Origin: Blepharisma stoltei ATCC 30299
Taxonomy: Eukaryota > Protista > Ciliophora
Reading direction: 5' to 3'
Length of the DNA stretch: 64,000 bases
Assembly: GCA_965603825.1 (NCBI GenBank)
Contig: CBFDEM010000036.1
Span: 620,001-684,000 of the forward strand
Part shown: piece after piece, positions 11,815 to 24,066 of the stretch
Position numbering within the stretch: position 1 is the stretch's first letter
Layout of the letters: each line of letters starts with the position of its first letter
Made by a program: the position numbers and the translations under genes
Notes under the pieces: generated by a model
Databases searched by the model: none
Seen by the model: only the letters and a program-made list of their open reading frames with translations
What the model was told of the DNA's origin: nothing

Positions 11815-12714
11815 ATGCTGATGATAAAGCATTTTTCAATAATCTCAAAGCGAAATTTTGCAATATTAATGGACAAATTCGTTGTAAGAAAGCGCTCTAA
11901 AGCTAGCACTGAATCAAAACAGTCAGACGAAGCTCCAATAGAAGAAGAAGAAAAAAAATCTCCTAAAAAAGTCCCTCCTACGATCCAGCCAAACCAGGAA
12001 GAAGTTAAAGAAGGATTTCCATCTTATGATGAGTTCGAGTCTCAAATGCATCCATCTTGGATAAATGTCTTAAGACCTTGGCTCGATACAGGTAAGTTGC
12101 GGAAACTTCACACATGGCTTACAACTGAATATGCCACGACTGCTTGCCGCCCACCTCCACATGAGATTTTTACCGCATTTCGGCTCACTCCATTCGACAG
12201 CATAAAAGTTGTGGTTGTTGGCCAAGACCCTTATCCAGCTCCAAATGATGCTATGGGCCTTAGTTTTTCAGTTCACCGTGGAATAAAGGTTCCTGGCAGT
12301 TTAAGAAACATTTATAAGTGCTTGCAAACAGACTCTTCATTGAACTTTAAACCTCCAAAACATGGTGACTTAACCAGATGGGCTGAGCAAGGTGTTTTTA
12401 TGCTAAACGCAGTTTTAACAGTTAGACAAGGAGCTCCTAATTCTCATGCCAAAAAAGGATGGGAAGAGTTCACTGATGAGGTGATCAAAGCAATCAATAA
12501 AGAAAGATCAGGAGTAGTCTTCATGCTTTGGGGCGCTTTTGCCCAAGCCAAAGCTCAAGGCGTCAATCGAAGTAAGCACTTTATTTTGGAAGCCTGCCAC
12601 CCATCTCCACTTTCAGCTTCTAAAGGTGGCTTCTTTACTTGCAGACATTTTTCAAGGGCAAATGAATATCTAAGATCAAATGGAGCCAGTGAAATCGACT
12701 GGAATTTGGAGTAA
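11815..12714 (+). CDS. UNG: Uracil-DNA glycosylase family 1
   Basis: GQDPY, HPSPLS and GVFMLN. First ATG at 11815; alternative ATG at 11869. Confidence 0.95.
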   Translation: MLMIKHFSIISKRNFAILMDKFVVRKRSKASTESKQSDEAPIEEEEKKSPKKVPPTIQPNQEEVKEGFPSYDEFESQMHPSWINVLRPWLDTGKLRKLHTWLTTEYATTACRPPPHEIFTAFRLTPFDSIKVVVVGQDPYPAPNDAMGLSFSVHRGIKVPGSLRNIYKCLQTDSSLNFKPPKHGDLTRWAEQGVFMLNAVLTVRQGAPNSHAKKGWEEFTDEVIKAINKERSGVVFMLWGAFAQAKAQGVNRSKHFILEACHPSPLSASKGGFFTCRHFSRANEYLRSNGASEIDWNLE

Positions 12715-12770
12715 AATTGAAAATTAATTCTAATTATTTTATTTGTGACATTTTAATATAAAAATAGCCA

Positions 12771-13052
12771 ATGGAACAGGAATTCAGAAAGGCTCTTAAT
12801 TACATCAAAGATACAAGCAACCCACCTCTAGATACTAATAATGAGCAGAAACTAGATTTCTACGCCTTGTTCAAACAAGCAACAGATGGAGCACCTAAAG
12901 GCTCAGCACCTTCTAGGCTAAAAGTTGTTGAAAGAGCTAAATTCATGGCATGGAAAGCGAGAGAAAAACTGACAAAGGAAGAAGCGATGAGAGAGTATGT
13001 TGCATTACTGACTAAGCTTGCACCTAAATGGAGAGAAAGAGCTAAGCTTTAA
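12771..13052 (+). CDS. ACBP: Acyl-CoA-binding protein with C-terminal AKL
   Basis: KLDFYALFKQATDG...AKFMAW...EEAMREYV. Confidence 0.92.
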   Translation: MEQEFRKALNYIKDTSNPPLDTNNEQKLDFYALFKQATDGAPKGSAPSRLKVVERAKFMAWKAREKLTKEEAMREYVALLTKLAPKWRERAKL

Positions 13053-13309
13053 TTATTCTTATCTTAAATAAGTATAGTATCAATAATTCGTCTGTAAGGC
13101 TTAACGAATGAAGTGAGGAATTCATGCTCTAATTTCAATTTGATATAGCTAACAATCGATCACAATAATTGCTAATGATTTTCTTTTAGAAGAATTAAAC
13201 TTATTAAGATGAAAAAAAAAACTTAATATCAACCTAAGCTGATGATTTAAAATTGCTGCTATTCAAAAGAATCACAGAATAGTCAACTAAATCAACACTA
13301 TATATAAAA

Positions 13310-14458
13310 ATGGAAGATCTGCTTAGCAGCCTCTCAATTTATAATAAAGTTGGATATGTTTATAACCCAGCACTACTTCAGCATAGAGACAATCGTAACT
13401 TCTAAAAAGCATATGAAGAGCATGTCGAGAAGCCTGATCGCATTGAAGCCGTGCATTCAAATTTAGATGCTGAAGGAGTGTTGCCAAAATTAATAAGCAT
13501 TCCTGCTACTGAAGCTCCGCAAGAAGAAATCAACAAAGTCCACTCAAGTGTTCACTGCGAAAAAATGCAAAGCATCATCTTGCAGCCTGGGAAGGAAAAC
13601 AAAAAAGCAAAATATTCTCTTAATCCTGACTGTTACAATAACTTTTATACATATGAGTGCGCTCATTTGGCTTGTGGAGGCATGCTTAACGCAGTTAAAG
13701 AAGTCGCCAGTGGAAACATTAGCTCAGCTTTTGCAAACATCAGACCCCCAGGACACCATGCAAAAATTGATGATGTAGGTGGCTTTTGCTTTATCAACAA
13801 TGTGGCTGTTGCAGCTAAGCACGCTATTTCAAGTTTGGGTATTAGAAAAGTATTTATCTTGGACTGGGATGTACACCATGGAAATGGAACACAAGATATT
13901 TTTAAAGCAGACCCGAATGTGCTTGCAGTCAGTCTTCATCGCTACGACAATGGAGACTTCTGGCCTGTAAATTTTATTTAGAATGAAGCAACTTCTGCAG
14001 AGACATTTATTGGGGTTGAAGAAGGAAGAGGATTTAATATCAATGTCGCATGAAATACAGAAAATGGCGCTAAGAAATCACAGTTTGGAGATAATGAATA
14101 TAAGTATGCGTTTGATAATTTGATATTCCCTGTTGCAAAAGAGTTTGATCCTGACTTAGTTCTAATAGCGTGTGGATTTGATGCAATGAGGAATGATCCA
14201 TTAGGTAAAATGGCATTGTCACCAGAAATCTATGGCTATATGACAAATAAAGTCATGGAACTAGCAGGAGGAAAAGTAGTTGCTGCGTTGGAAGGGGGAT
14301 ATAACTTAAAAAATCTTAGGGCTGGTAGCAAAGCTGTTGTTTCTGCTTTGCTTGGTGAAGAAGTGAAGTCTTCAGGATATGATGAGTGCTGTGATTTGGC
14401 TAAGCAATGTGTAGAAGCATCTATGAAATCCGTTAACGAGTACTGGACATTAAACTAG
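13310..14458 (+). CDS. Class II histone deacetylase (single catalytic domain)
   Basis: HVEKPDRI, RPPGHHA, GFCFINNVA, DWDVHHGNGTQ, NINVA-W(TGA), GFDAMRNDPLG and LEGGY. 15-nt introns at 13395-13409 and 13967-13981. Confidence 0.93.
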
Positions 14459-14663
14459 CTTCCCTTAATTTTCTTTATCCTTAAGTATCTGAATCATGCA
14501 CTTATAAGATATATCATCGATATCTATTTTTCTTTGTTTTTGAGGGCCTTTGGACTTGATTTGGCTATTGATTTGTGCTTAGAACCAGTACAATAAGTTC
14601 TAAAGCAATCCAATCAATTTTCTTAACGTAAAGACATAAGAGGCATTGTGTTTAGAATATAAA

Positions 14664-16784
14664 ATGGATTTAAGATCAATTTTAAATAAACATCAGGGGC
14701 CTGCACAATCATCCCCATGAAGCTCCCACATCTCCCTTTCAACAGGAAACTCATCTGCTGTAGCAAGACTACTTGATTCTCTTTCAATGAGAGCTCTTCT
14801 TTTAATTCGGAGTTTACATTTAGAGCTGGTAATTGATGCTCCCTCTATGCCTCTTAACGAAAATCTTCTCTTAAATCATATAGACGCCTCAATTGAATTT
14901 GTAACAGGCAGATCGTATTCTGCTTTAAAGTATGACAGAAACATGGAATTAGGATTCAGCAAACAAAAGAAAATGAAAGGTTTATTTGAGTAAGCGATAT
15001 ATAGAATCCTCAAATGAAAAATTGACGAAGATATTTCTAGCGAAGAATTTTCTTGCCTTTATTCGCAATGGCTGGAAACATATAACATCCCAGATATTCT
15101 GAGTGCTCAAAGTTCGCAAGAAATTAACGAGGTTTTCACATTTTTTTTAATTTTGGAAGAAGGTCAAGGGTTTCAAGTGAAGCTTATAGAGAAAGTAAAA
15201 GCTACTCAGATTGAAATGATGATTTTTCTGGTTACTAATGAGTACAACAAAGCATTGCTTTCAAGATGGTCGATTAGTTCTGAATGGATTCAGCTGTCAG
15301 AGTCATTATTTAGGGCATTAGATGAGGAGGAAAATGGCCATATAGATGCTGAATCAGTTCAATTTCTAGTTTTAGCCCTGCTGCTCCCTGAATCGAAAAT
15401 CGACCCAGTTTTGGCAAGAAAACAAGTTTATCAAATGCTCCAAGATATGAGCCACTGCAATGGTCTTATCACTCTCCGTTGCTGAAAATCTTATTTGCTT
15501 AGTAAAAAAATGAACTCTCCTGATGACCTTCGACTGCTGCAGAACAGACTTCACTCTATAGTTGAAATATGGAGAGAAGTAAGAAATAAAATTTTTACGA
15601 AAGAAATACCTGCTTTGTCAAAATGCACGTACTTAGCAACTAGCAAGCAAGAGCTTCCTTCAATTTGGAATCAAGCCATAATGTTATCACTCTCAAGCTC
15701 TTTAAGAAGTATTTTCTAATTAGACTGGGAACGATTATATAAATTCCTGCGATTCTCAGGCTGGCTTTTAGGAAGCACCCCAACTTTATCAACAAAAGGC
15801 CAATGCTTCATCCAGGGCACTTATATTCAGGATTCATCAGAACTTTCATTGTATCTAATATCAAATTACCTAGAACTCGAAGGCCAGTTTCACACAAGTG
15901 TTGCAATAAATTGTTTAACTCAGGAATCTCTTACTCAGGTGGCTGGAGATCCAAGATTTCAAGCAATTCTTAAGACAATACAAACTTATGATAAATTAAT
16001 TGGAGCAGTTCTCTCAGAAATTATCTCAGCATATAAGGCTACCATTAGTAATAATGAGCCTGCAGGTCCTCCAACAATACCAATAAGCATAGGCAATATT
16101 GGGAAATGCTTGGAGCTCAAACCTAAGCCATCTGAAACATCGGAAAATACACCAGCAGCTTCAAGAAAGAATTCTGAAGTCGCCCCTCCAGTAAGGCTAA
16201 AAACTGTCAGAACCAGTCCAACTTTGATTCCAAGTCGCAAAATTTTGATGAAGAATAGTGATAAAACAGATAGAGGCGAAAGATCAGCAGCTACTCCAAA
16301 CCGTCTCGAAAGAAATAGAACAGAGGTCACAGTGCAGCGTATATCAACTACTCCAAATCGACTTGAAAGAAATAAAACAGAGATTGCCGTTCAACGATCG
16401 CATGCACAAATTACTCCAACTCGGCAAGTAAAAGCTTCATCTATAACAGCTAGAACTAAGAGATCAGCTACTGTTACTGAAAGTCCTGATTTTCTCAAAA
16501 AGCAGCCAACTACTCCTATACTTGAAACTCCTGTGTCAATTGATTCGAAAGCCCTTCAAGGAGCTTTCACTGATAGAAATACAGTGACTCCAACTAAAGG
16601 ATCAAGGCAAGCTGTTTCTGGAACACCAGCTACATCAAAATCTGCAAAGAGTTCAAGTATTAATATTCGCAGCGTCACTCCTACTAAATCATCAATAAGT
16701 TTAAACATTTATCCATCATCCAAAACTCCTATTAAGAAAGTTGAGAAATACGATGATGTTATGAAAAGGCTGTCCAAAAAATAA
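14664..16784 (+). CDS. Uncharacterised protein with EF-hand-like motif and S/T-P-rich disordered tail
   Basis: One frame after TGA=W and removal of 15-nt introns 14990-15004 and 15709-15723. LFRALDEEENGHIDAE is EF-hand-like. Confidence 0.75.
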
Positions 16785-16841
16785 TATTGTAACTTTATTT
16801 TCTTATATTTGCTAAAAAAGGTACTGGAAGAGAATATTAAT

Positions 16842-18266
16842 TTAAAAATCAAATTTATCTCTGTACGTCTCATTATCTTCGAAATTAATTGCAGACTTCC
16901 TAAAATTAATTGGCATGCGAGGGTTATTACGAAGTACTGGCGTGGTGTCACCGCTGGAGATGGCACCATGCCGATGATGAGGCTCTTCTTCATTTTCCTC
17001 TTCCTTTATTTCTTGAAATGGGTTTTGAAGAGCGATCGGAATGAATTTTGATTTATTATGGTTTTTGCGTCTTTCATGTCTCTTTAATATCAGAAATCAT
17101 GAAGACTTTAAAGCTTCTTTTGCAGTTGGCCTTAAATCTGGGTTAGACTCTGTCAATGTTAGCACGAATTTTATAGCTTGGGCAGATACTGCACTTCAGT
17201 AAGAATCTTCAAAATGCAATCGGCAATCTCTATTTCTAGCTAAGACTTCCCCATTATTTCTACCTGGAAAGGGAGATCTCCCAGATAATAAAATATATAG
17301 GATCACTCCAGCACTAAACACATCTGCTTTTGTGCTATAAGGGTATTTTTTTAAAATCTCAGGCGCAATATATCCAGGAGAGCCGCATCTTAAGGTGAGA
17401 TTCTCTTCACAGTAGCATGCAAGTCCAAAATCTATCAGTTTAAAACTCGTGTTTTTATCTTTAGACTTTAACATGATATTTTCAAGCTTAACGTCTCTGT
17501 GAATAATTTGATTCGAATCCAAATATTTAAGCACTTTTAGTAACTTCCATATTAATCTTGCTGCCTCTTTTTCTGTATAAGAGCCTTTACTCAAAACTCG
17601 AGTAAAAAGTTCTCCACCTTCTAAAAAGTCCAAAACCAAGCTAATGTGGTGTTCGCTTTCATAAATTTTATAAAATTTTATGATGTTCGGATGATCAAGC
17701 TTTCTCATGATTTCAATTTCATTTACAAGAGAACTCAGTCCGTTTGGGCTTTTCAAACACACAATCTTATGGATAGCTTTTATGGCAACATTTTCCGAAG
17801 TTATTAAATCCTTTGCTAAATAAACATCAGCAAAACTTCCTTTTCCTATTTTTTTGACAAACTTGTAATCATTTTCAATGCTTGTCATTATGCAAATGCT
17901 TGACAGTTTATCAATTCAGATATCCAAACTCTCATTGGAGTCTGTATAAAAATCTTTTTGGCATGCTCCTTGCTTAAGTCTAAACCCATACTTTGTGTCT
18001 TCGCCTAGTGTTTCGATAAAAGGTTCCATAATCATTCATCTTATCGATGATTCTTTTCTAGCCAGACTGTAATCTTCTTCGGCAAAAAAAAGACTTGTAT
18101 TAGTTAGAAGGTAGTTTCTTTTTTTTAGAAGTTGTTTTGATTCGTTGGTTTCAAATAATGTTCCTCTATGCAACTCTTGCTGAGGTGTAATTGCAACAGG
18201 AGGCTCAAGCCGAGTTCAGAATTTCCCTTCTAGGTGCGCATTAATATTTTCAAATATAGATTCCAT
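16842..18266 (-). CDS. CAMK-group Ser/Thr kinase with N-terminal PH-like region
   Basis: GKGSFA, HRDVKLEN, DFG and CGSPGYIAPE. Extends upstream and downstream of the track ORF through TGA=W. Confidence 0.9.
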
Positions 18267-18763
18267 TTAATAGTTTTATATGAACTGGATATGATCTTTA
18301 CAATTGTATTTAAATTCAATAGCAATCTGAAAGATTAAAAAAATATTTTTATCGAAGTTTATATTGTCTAAATTCTTTAAGGAAAATGAATTGTGAATAC
18401 AATTTTCTTACTTCTGTTTAATATTTAATATTTCTTAAAATTAGGATATCTCATTTGCCTTTTTTATAATTATATTTATATCGCTATACCTTTTGGATCA
18501 ATTTTTCCCAATACGAGCTTATAATGAAAATTTCTTATTAGAATCATCATATAATTTAATTTTGATCTTTTATACTCTTTTAACTTTATAATAGCATCAC
18601 ATAATGGAATAATGATTAATTTTATAATAATTGCATATTAATTTAAATTTGAATGCTATATTGACTTGATCACTTGCTAAATTAATTTTTTCCATTCGCG
18701 TTTTATTCACATTACTACATACTAAATTGCAATGAATTTAAAGTAAACTGAATTACTTTTATT

Positions 18764-20254
18764 TTAATTATTGCTAACGCTATGAACTAATTCTTCGAAT
18801 TCTGATAGATCGATACATCCATCAGAATTTTTATCGAACTCCTTCATTAGTTCTTTTATTATATTTTCATCTATATGTGCATCTCCTACTAGCCACTCCT
18901 TTAATTCGTTAATTTCAATTACCCCAGATTCATCTTTATCGAACATAACAAAAGCCTTATGCAAATTTTCTTTTGTAAGCATTTTTCTTTTTTCAACTGT
19001 CGCTCTTAAGAATTCTGTATAGTCAATAACTCCGTTATTGTTAGAATCCACAAGCCTCATGATTCTGTCCGATTCCATATGCGCTTCATTTTCGGTCATT
19101 GAAGTTTTCAGCTGGTTAAAGAGCTCTTCTCTTGAAATTACCCCATCTCCATTGGCATCCATAGCATTAAATGCGTTTTTGTATTTATCGAGTTCAGATG
19201 GAGACATAACTTGGCTCAAGATAAAGGTCTGGACTGCTTGCTTTAGTTTTGAAGAGTCTCTGAAGGCTTTTATACGACCTAATGAATATGTGATATCTAC
19301 AGATTTGATATTTTCTGCGTGGAATTTTTGGCATCAGTGATGATTATAAGCTTCAGCTGCACTTAACCGCTTAGCTTTATTTTTTACAAGAAGCTTGGAT
19401 ATTAAATCCTTTGCGTCATCAGATATGGCATTTCAGATTTCGCCAGACATTTCATATCTTCCCAATTTGATTTCTTTCATTATAGTATCGTCATCATTTC
19501 CATTAAATGGAGCACTGCCTGACAATAAAATATATAAAATAACCCCACAACTTCATAAGTCACACTTCTCATTATACTTTCCTTTGAAAACTTCAGGAGC
19601 CATATAGCATGGAGTCCCAAAATAGCCTTGTATCTGCCCATTCACGGTGAAAAATGTTGCTGTGTCAAAATCAATGATTTTTATATTTAACTCTTCATCA
19701 GAATTCGTATCCATAATCACAATATTTTCTGGCTTCATATCTCTATGAGTAACTCCATTATTGTGCAAATATTGCAGCCCAGAAAAAATCTGCTCCATAA
19801 TCCTTGCTGCTTGTTTTTCCGTAAATTTCGTCAAACTAACCACTTTATCAAATAAATCCCCTCCTTTGCAGTATTCCATAACCAAATAGTAGTTGCTTTT
19901 ATCCTCGAAATATTCAAAAATTCGCAAAATGTTTGGATGATCTAGAGTTTTCATGATATTAACTTCATTTAAAACACTGCGGTTTTCTATAACAGATTGA
20001 GGTAGCCCTGCCTTTGTAATGATTTTTACAGCTCTAACGTCGCCAGTTCTGAGATGCTCGCAAAGACGGATCTCTCCATACATTCCAGATCCAATTGGAT
20101 TTGATTGTAATCGATAGATTGAAAAGAAAGACAGAGGATTTTCTTGAACAAAATTCATAGGAGAAGGGATGATGTCAGCGGCTGATAAAATCCTTCGATG
20201 TACTGTTATAGTTGGCTGTGGAGCTACAGGAGCTTGGCTGCATATGTTACCCAT
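18764..20254 (-). CDS. CDPK: Calcium-dependent protein kinase (kinase + 4 EF-hands)
   Basis: MGNIC acylation start, [13 protein letters not shown](TGA)-SCG and four DxDxDG-type EF-hands in the same frame. The DFG motif reads DFD here. Confidence 0.92.
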
Positions 20255-21309
20255 TTATTTCAACAGAGACCTATTATAAGAAATTACCTTACTCATCAAA
20301 ATCTGAAAGTAATCATGCAAGTTACACTAGAAGTATAAAATTAAATAGATGATAATTTCTTGGAATGAAAACTAATACATTTAGAATATATATAACCCCA
20401 GTTAGTGAGTTCAATTTCTATAACGCATCAGATAGCTGAACAGAAGATTGACCTAAATCCTTTGAAAGGCAGTAATTGATGAATAAAATTTTCATTTATA
20501 TAATTTGAGATTACTCTTAAGCTCTGATATACAGCTCTTTTTTAAAGTTAATTTATATATATTTATGAAAAGCAACATTTTAGATATTTGATATTCAAGT
20601 ATTTAATTTATTAATAAGATCAGGAAATGATTACTTTTTCAGACCTAATGAATTGAACAGTTTAAAAGCTATTACATCCAAAATAAAAATTTTAGGCTTG
20701 TGAAATAATTTTGCTTTATATTTAAGCTATTCTAAAAATCACTCATAATATTATAGCCTGAGCATCTCGGGCCATACAATTTAAGATAATTTCAAAATAA
20801 GGTCCGCTTTAGAGAAGCGATCCAAGGTAAGAAGGATATTACAAGTTTATTGATGTGACATTTATATCAATTTTTGGAGCATAAGCCAGATTTAAAATTC
20901 CCATATTTATTGCTAGAAATGTCAGGGTTTGAAAAAGTTTTAATGAAACATTTGAGTAGGCAATTAAGTAGATAAGGATTTCTTTAAAGGACAATTCTTG
21001 AATTTTTTCTCTATGATTGCATAAATATTTCTTAAGGGTAATAAAAAATATAATTCAAACAATCCTTTGCTATTATTTAGCTTTTTTACATATAATAATT
21101 AAAACTATAATATAATTTGCTTAATTAATTAAAAATTTTATTGGGCAGCAATTTATAAGCTGATTCTTTAATTAAAGCCCTTCTATCGAGTGATCTTTTT
21201 AAGGCAATCAATTAATATAAAGCAATAAATTTTAGGAACTTGCAATCTAACAAAATTGATTTCTTCAGATAGGGGAAAAACAAATAAAGATGCTGCAAAT
21301 TAAATTATC

Positions 21310-22446
21310 ATGACTAATCTACCTTATAAAAATATGAATGCCGATCCTGCTTATATTTATCCCTCATCTAAAACGAAAAATTCTGTCCTTTTATACTTAA
21401 ATTCTTCTGTCCTGAGCATAGAAGCAATGAAAGATGAATTAATCCAAGACTTTAATGCAAAGCTAAAATCCCTGACTTCAAAATTTAGCGCAGAATATAA
21501 TGAAATTTCTAGAATTCGACTTAAATACATAGAATTGATAAAAAAAATTATAGAAACGTCCCAAATCATTGCTAATTCTACGAGTCTTGCTGATAAAATC
21601 TTATGTTTGTCTACAGACCCTGCCTTAGAAAGCTTATTGCAAATTCCTTTCATAACTCAAGGAATTGAACTCGGACTCAGTCGCCCTGAATCTTCTCAAA
21701 ATCAAATAGCAGCTTTTCAGCATAATACAAAAAACCTCTTGAAAATCAATCTAAGCAATTTTAAAGAAACAAAAATCGAATTAAATACAAAAAGTAAAGC
21801 CAATGAGCACATCATAATGTGCGAACTTCCAGATAATCAAATATTCTGCTATGGAAATTGAGAACCTGTAGGAACCACATTTATAATTGATGCTGAGAAC
21901 AATATAATAGAACTAGATGATGGAAAACCTTGCTGCTCAACATATGCGACATTATTTGAAGATTCAATCTATGTATTTGGTGGTTGAAAGACTAAAGGGG
22001 AGAGATCTAATTTTGCAGTAAAATTCAGTTTACAGACTGCAGAGTGAAAAGATTTGGCCCCTCTTCCAATATCTTCAACAGCAGTTTGCTCTTTAGCTGC
22101 TGACAATGAAATATGGCTTTCAGGTTACAATCATCAGAAGCTATATTCTTACAGCATAGAAAAAAATAATTATCAAGAATATATAGATCTTGCACTCAAT
22201 TGTAATAAAATTATATGCAGAGGAGATTCATTGTCAATATATGTAATTGAGTCAGGAGGAAAAATAATCAAAAGCGAATTTGATGGGTACAATTGACAGC
22301 TAGTCGGCAATATATTACAATTCAACGATGTTATATCTTACTATAAATTGTATATGGGATCCGTTTACTTCTTAGATTATGATTATGTTTTATATGCATT
22401 TAATCTAGGTGAAAAGCATTTAGATATGATTAAACAATTTAATTAA
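21310..22446 (+). CDS. Kelch-like beta-propeller protein (expanded family)
   Basis: IYVFGG and W..LAPLP. Continuous through TGAs to TAA at 22444-22446. Paralogous to the next gene. Confidence 0.75.
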
Positions 22447-22448
22447 AT

Positions 22449-23741
22449 ATGGATTGCTGGAAGTGTAAAAAACAGTCTGATTTCTATTGCCAACATCAGC
22501 TTGGCGTTTTTTCATGTAAAGTTCATATTGGCGAGCATTTATTAGAAGATTCTGAAGAAGGTCACAATCATAAGTCTATCTTTTCAAAAATAAGAGCAGA
22601 CCTGATTTGCAGCTTGGATGATTCATTAAATAATCTTGAAATCGAAAAGCAAAACGTTTTAAACGAATTTAGGGAAGCTTATAATTTATTGGAAGCAAAT
22701 TTATCTCAAAAATTGAGCGAGTGCAAAAAGAGACGCTTAGAAATTACCAACCTTACAAAAAAGTTGAAAAAAATCAAAGGAATCTCAGAGTTGGGCACTC
22801 GTGAAAAAGAAAAGCTGATATCTTTAGTCCCAGAAAATGCACTAAAAGACGTATTAAAATTTGAAGAGATCGCGAAAGAGATTCAGTCTAGCTTTGACTC
22901 TAGCCAAGCTCCTGAGATTGCGAAAGAGATTCAGTCTAGCTTTGACTCTAGCCAAGTTCCTGAAATTTTAGGATTTAATAAAGAATCACAAAGATTATTG
23001 TGCACAAACTTAAAAGATTTTACAATAGTTCGAACACAGATGCCAGTGATATCTGATTCTCTTATATCAATGTGTAAAATTCCAGATTGTGGAGTGTTTT
23101 GCTATGGAGACTGGCCACCATCCGGCAAAACTTTAATCATCACTAACGATAAGCTAATAATGCAACTTCCAACAGGCCGTCCATGTTGCAATACAAAAGC
23201 TCTCATGTATAAGAACTCTATCTATGTTTTTGGAGGCTATAAAAACAGAATAGAAGAATCAGAGTTTGCTTCAGAGTTTAACTTGTTAACTTCAAACTGA
23301 AAAGTATTAACTTCGATGCCAAAACCCTCCACTGGAGTGTACTCATTGCCTTATGACGAAGAAATACTATTATTGGGATGCAATCATGATAAGCTGTATA
23401 GCTATAATATTCAAAAAAATAGTTATAGAGAGGTTACTGCAATGGTCAAGGGTAAAAGAAGAGTTCTGTTTGGGATTGGTAAATTAGTCTATGTAATTGA
23501 AAGTGAGGGAAATATTCTGAAAAGTGAAGGAAACCTGATAGAATGAAGCATTATTGGATCTGGGAGCGCATTTCAGCCGCAAATATCGTATATCGAGCTT
23601 TATAACGAATCATTCTATTTTATGGATCAAACGTGTTTGTTGTATCAGTTTAAGCTCAGTGAAGAAAGGCTAAGAATAGTTGATTTAATTGAAAAAGAAG
23701 GAGAAAATGCTTCAACAGAATTTCATTATTTGACTCTTTAA
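22449..23741 (+). CDS. Zn-finger (B-box-like) + coiled-coil + kelch-like beta-propeller protein
   Basis: CWKC..C..H..C..H..H N-terminus, IYVFGGY and W(TGA)KVLTSMP. TAA at 23739-23741. Confidence 0.78.
22866..22961 (+). repeat. In-frame 48-bp tandem duplication (2 copies)
   Basis: EIAKEIQSSFDSSQAP / EIAKEIQSSFDSSQVP; the copies differ by 2 nt. Confidence 0.9.
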
Positions 23742-24066
23742 ATAATAAATAAAGTTTTTAGGATCTATTATTATCAAGAATAGTAACGATGTATCAGTAA
23801 AAAATACTGATCATAATGAGATGTTCGAATTAAATTAAATCAATAATAGCTTCCATTAATGAACTATTTATATAATTTAAACTAATGTACTGAAATCAGA
23901 CTACCATCGGAAACAACGATCAATTTTGAATTATCGAAAGTATCTTAAACTCCCATTTTTATTTATATTTAAAATTTAACCCTGTAAATTATTTTATATA
24001 AGTTTGGTAAGACAGATATTTTATAAAAATAATTTATTAAAATAAAAGATAAGATTAACAGAGCTT

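Noticed and set aside
23793-23811. Small inverted repeat ATCAGTA-AAAAA-TACTGAT and a shared TGTAAATTATTT on both sides of the transposase
   Set aside because: They are too short for AT-rich DNA and are not arranged as terminal inverted repeats or a TA target duplication.
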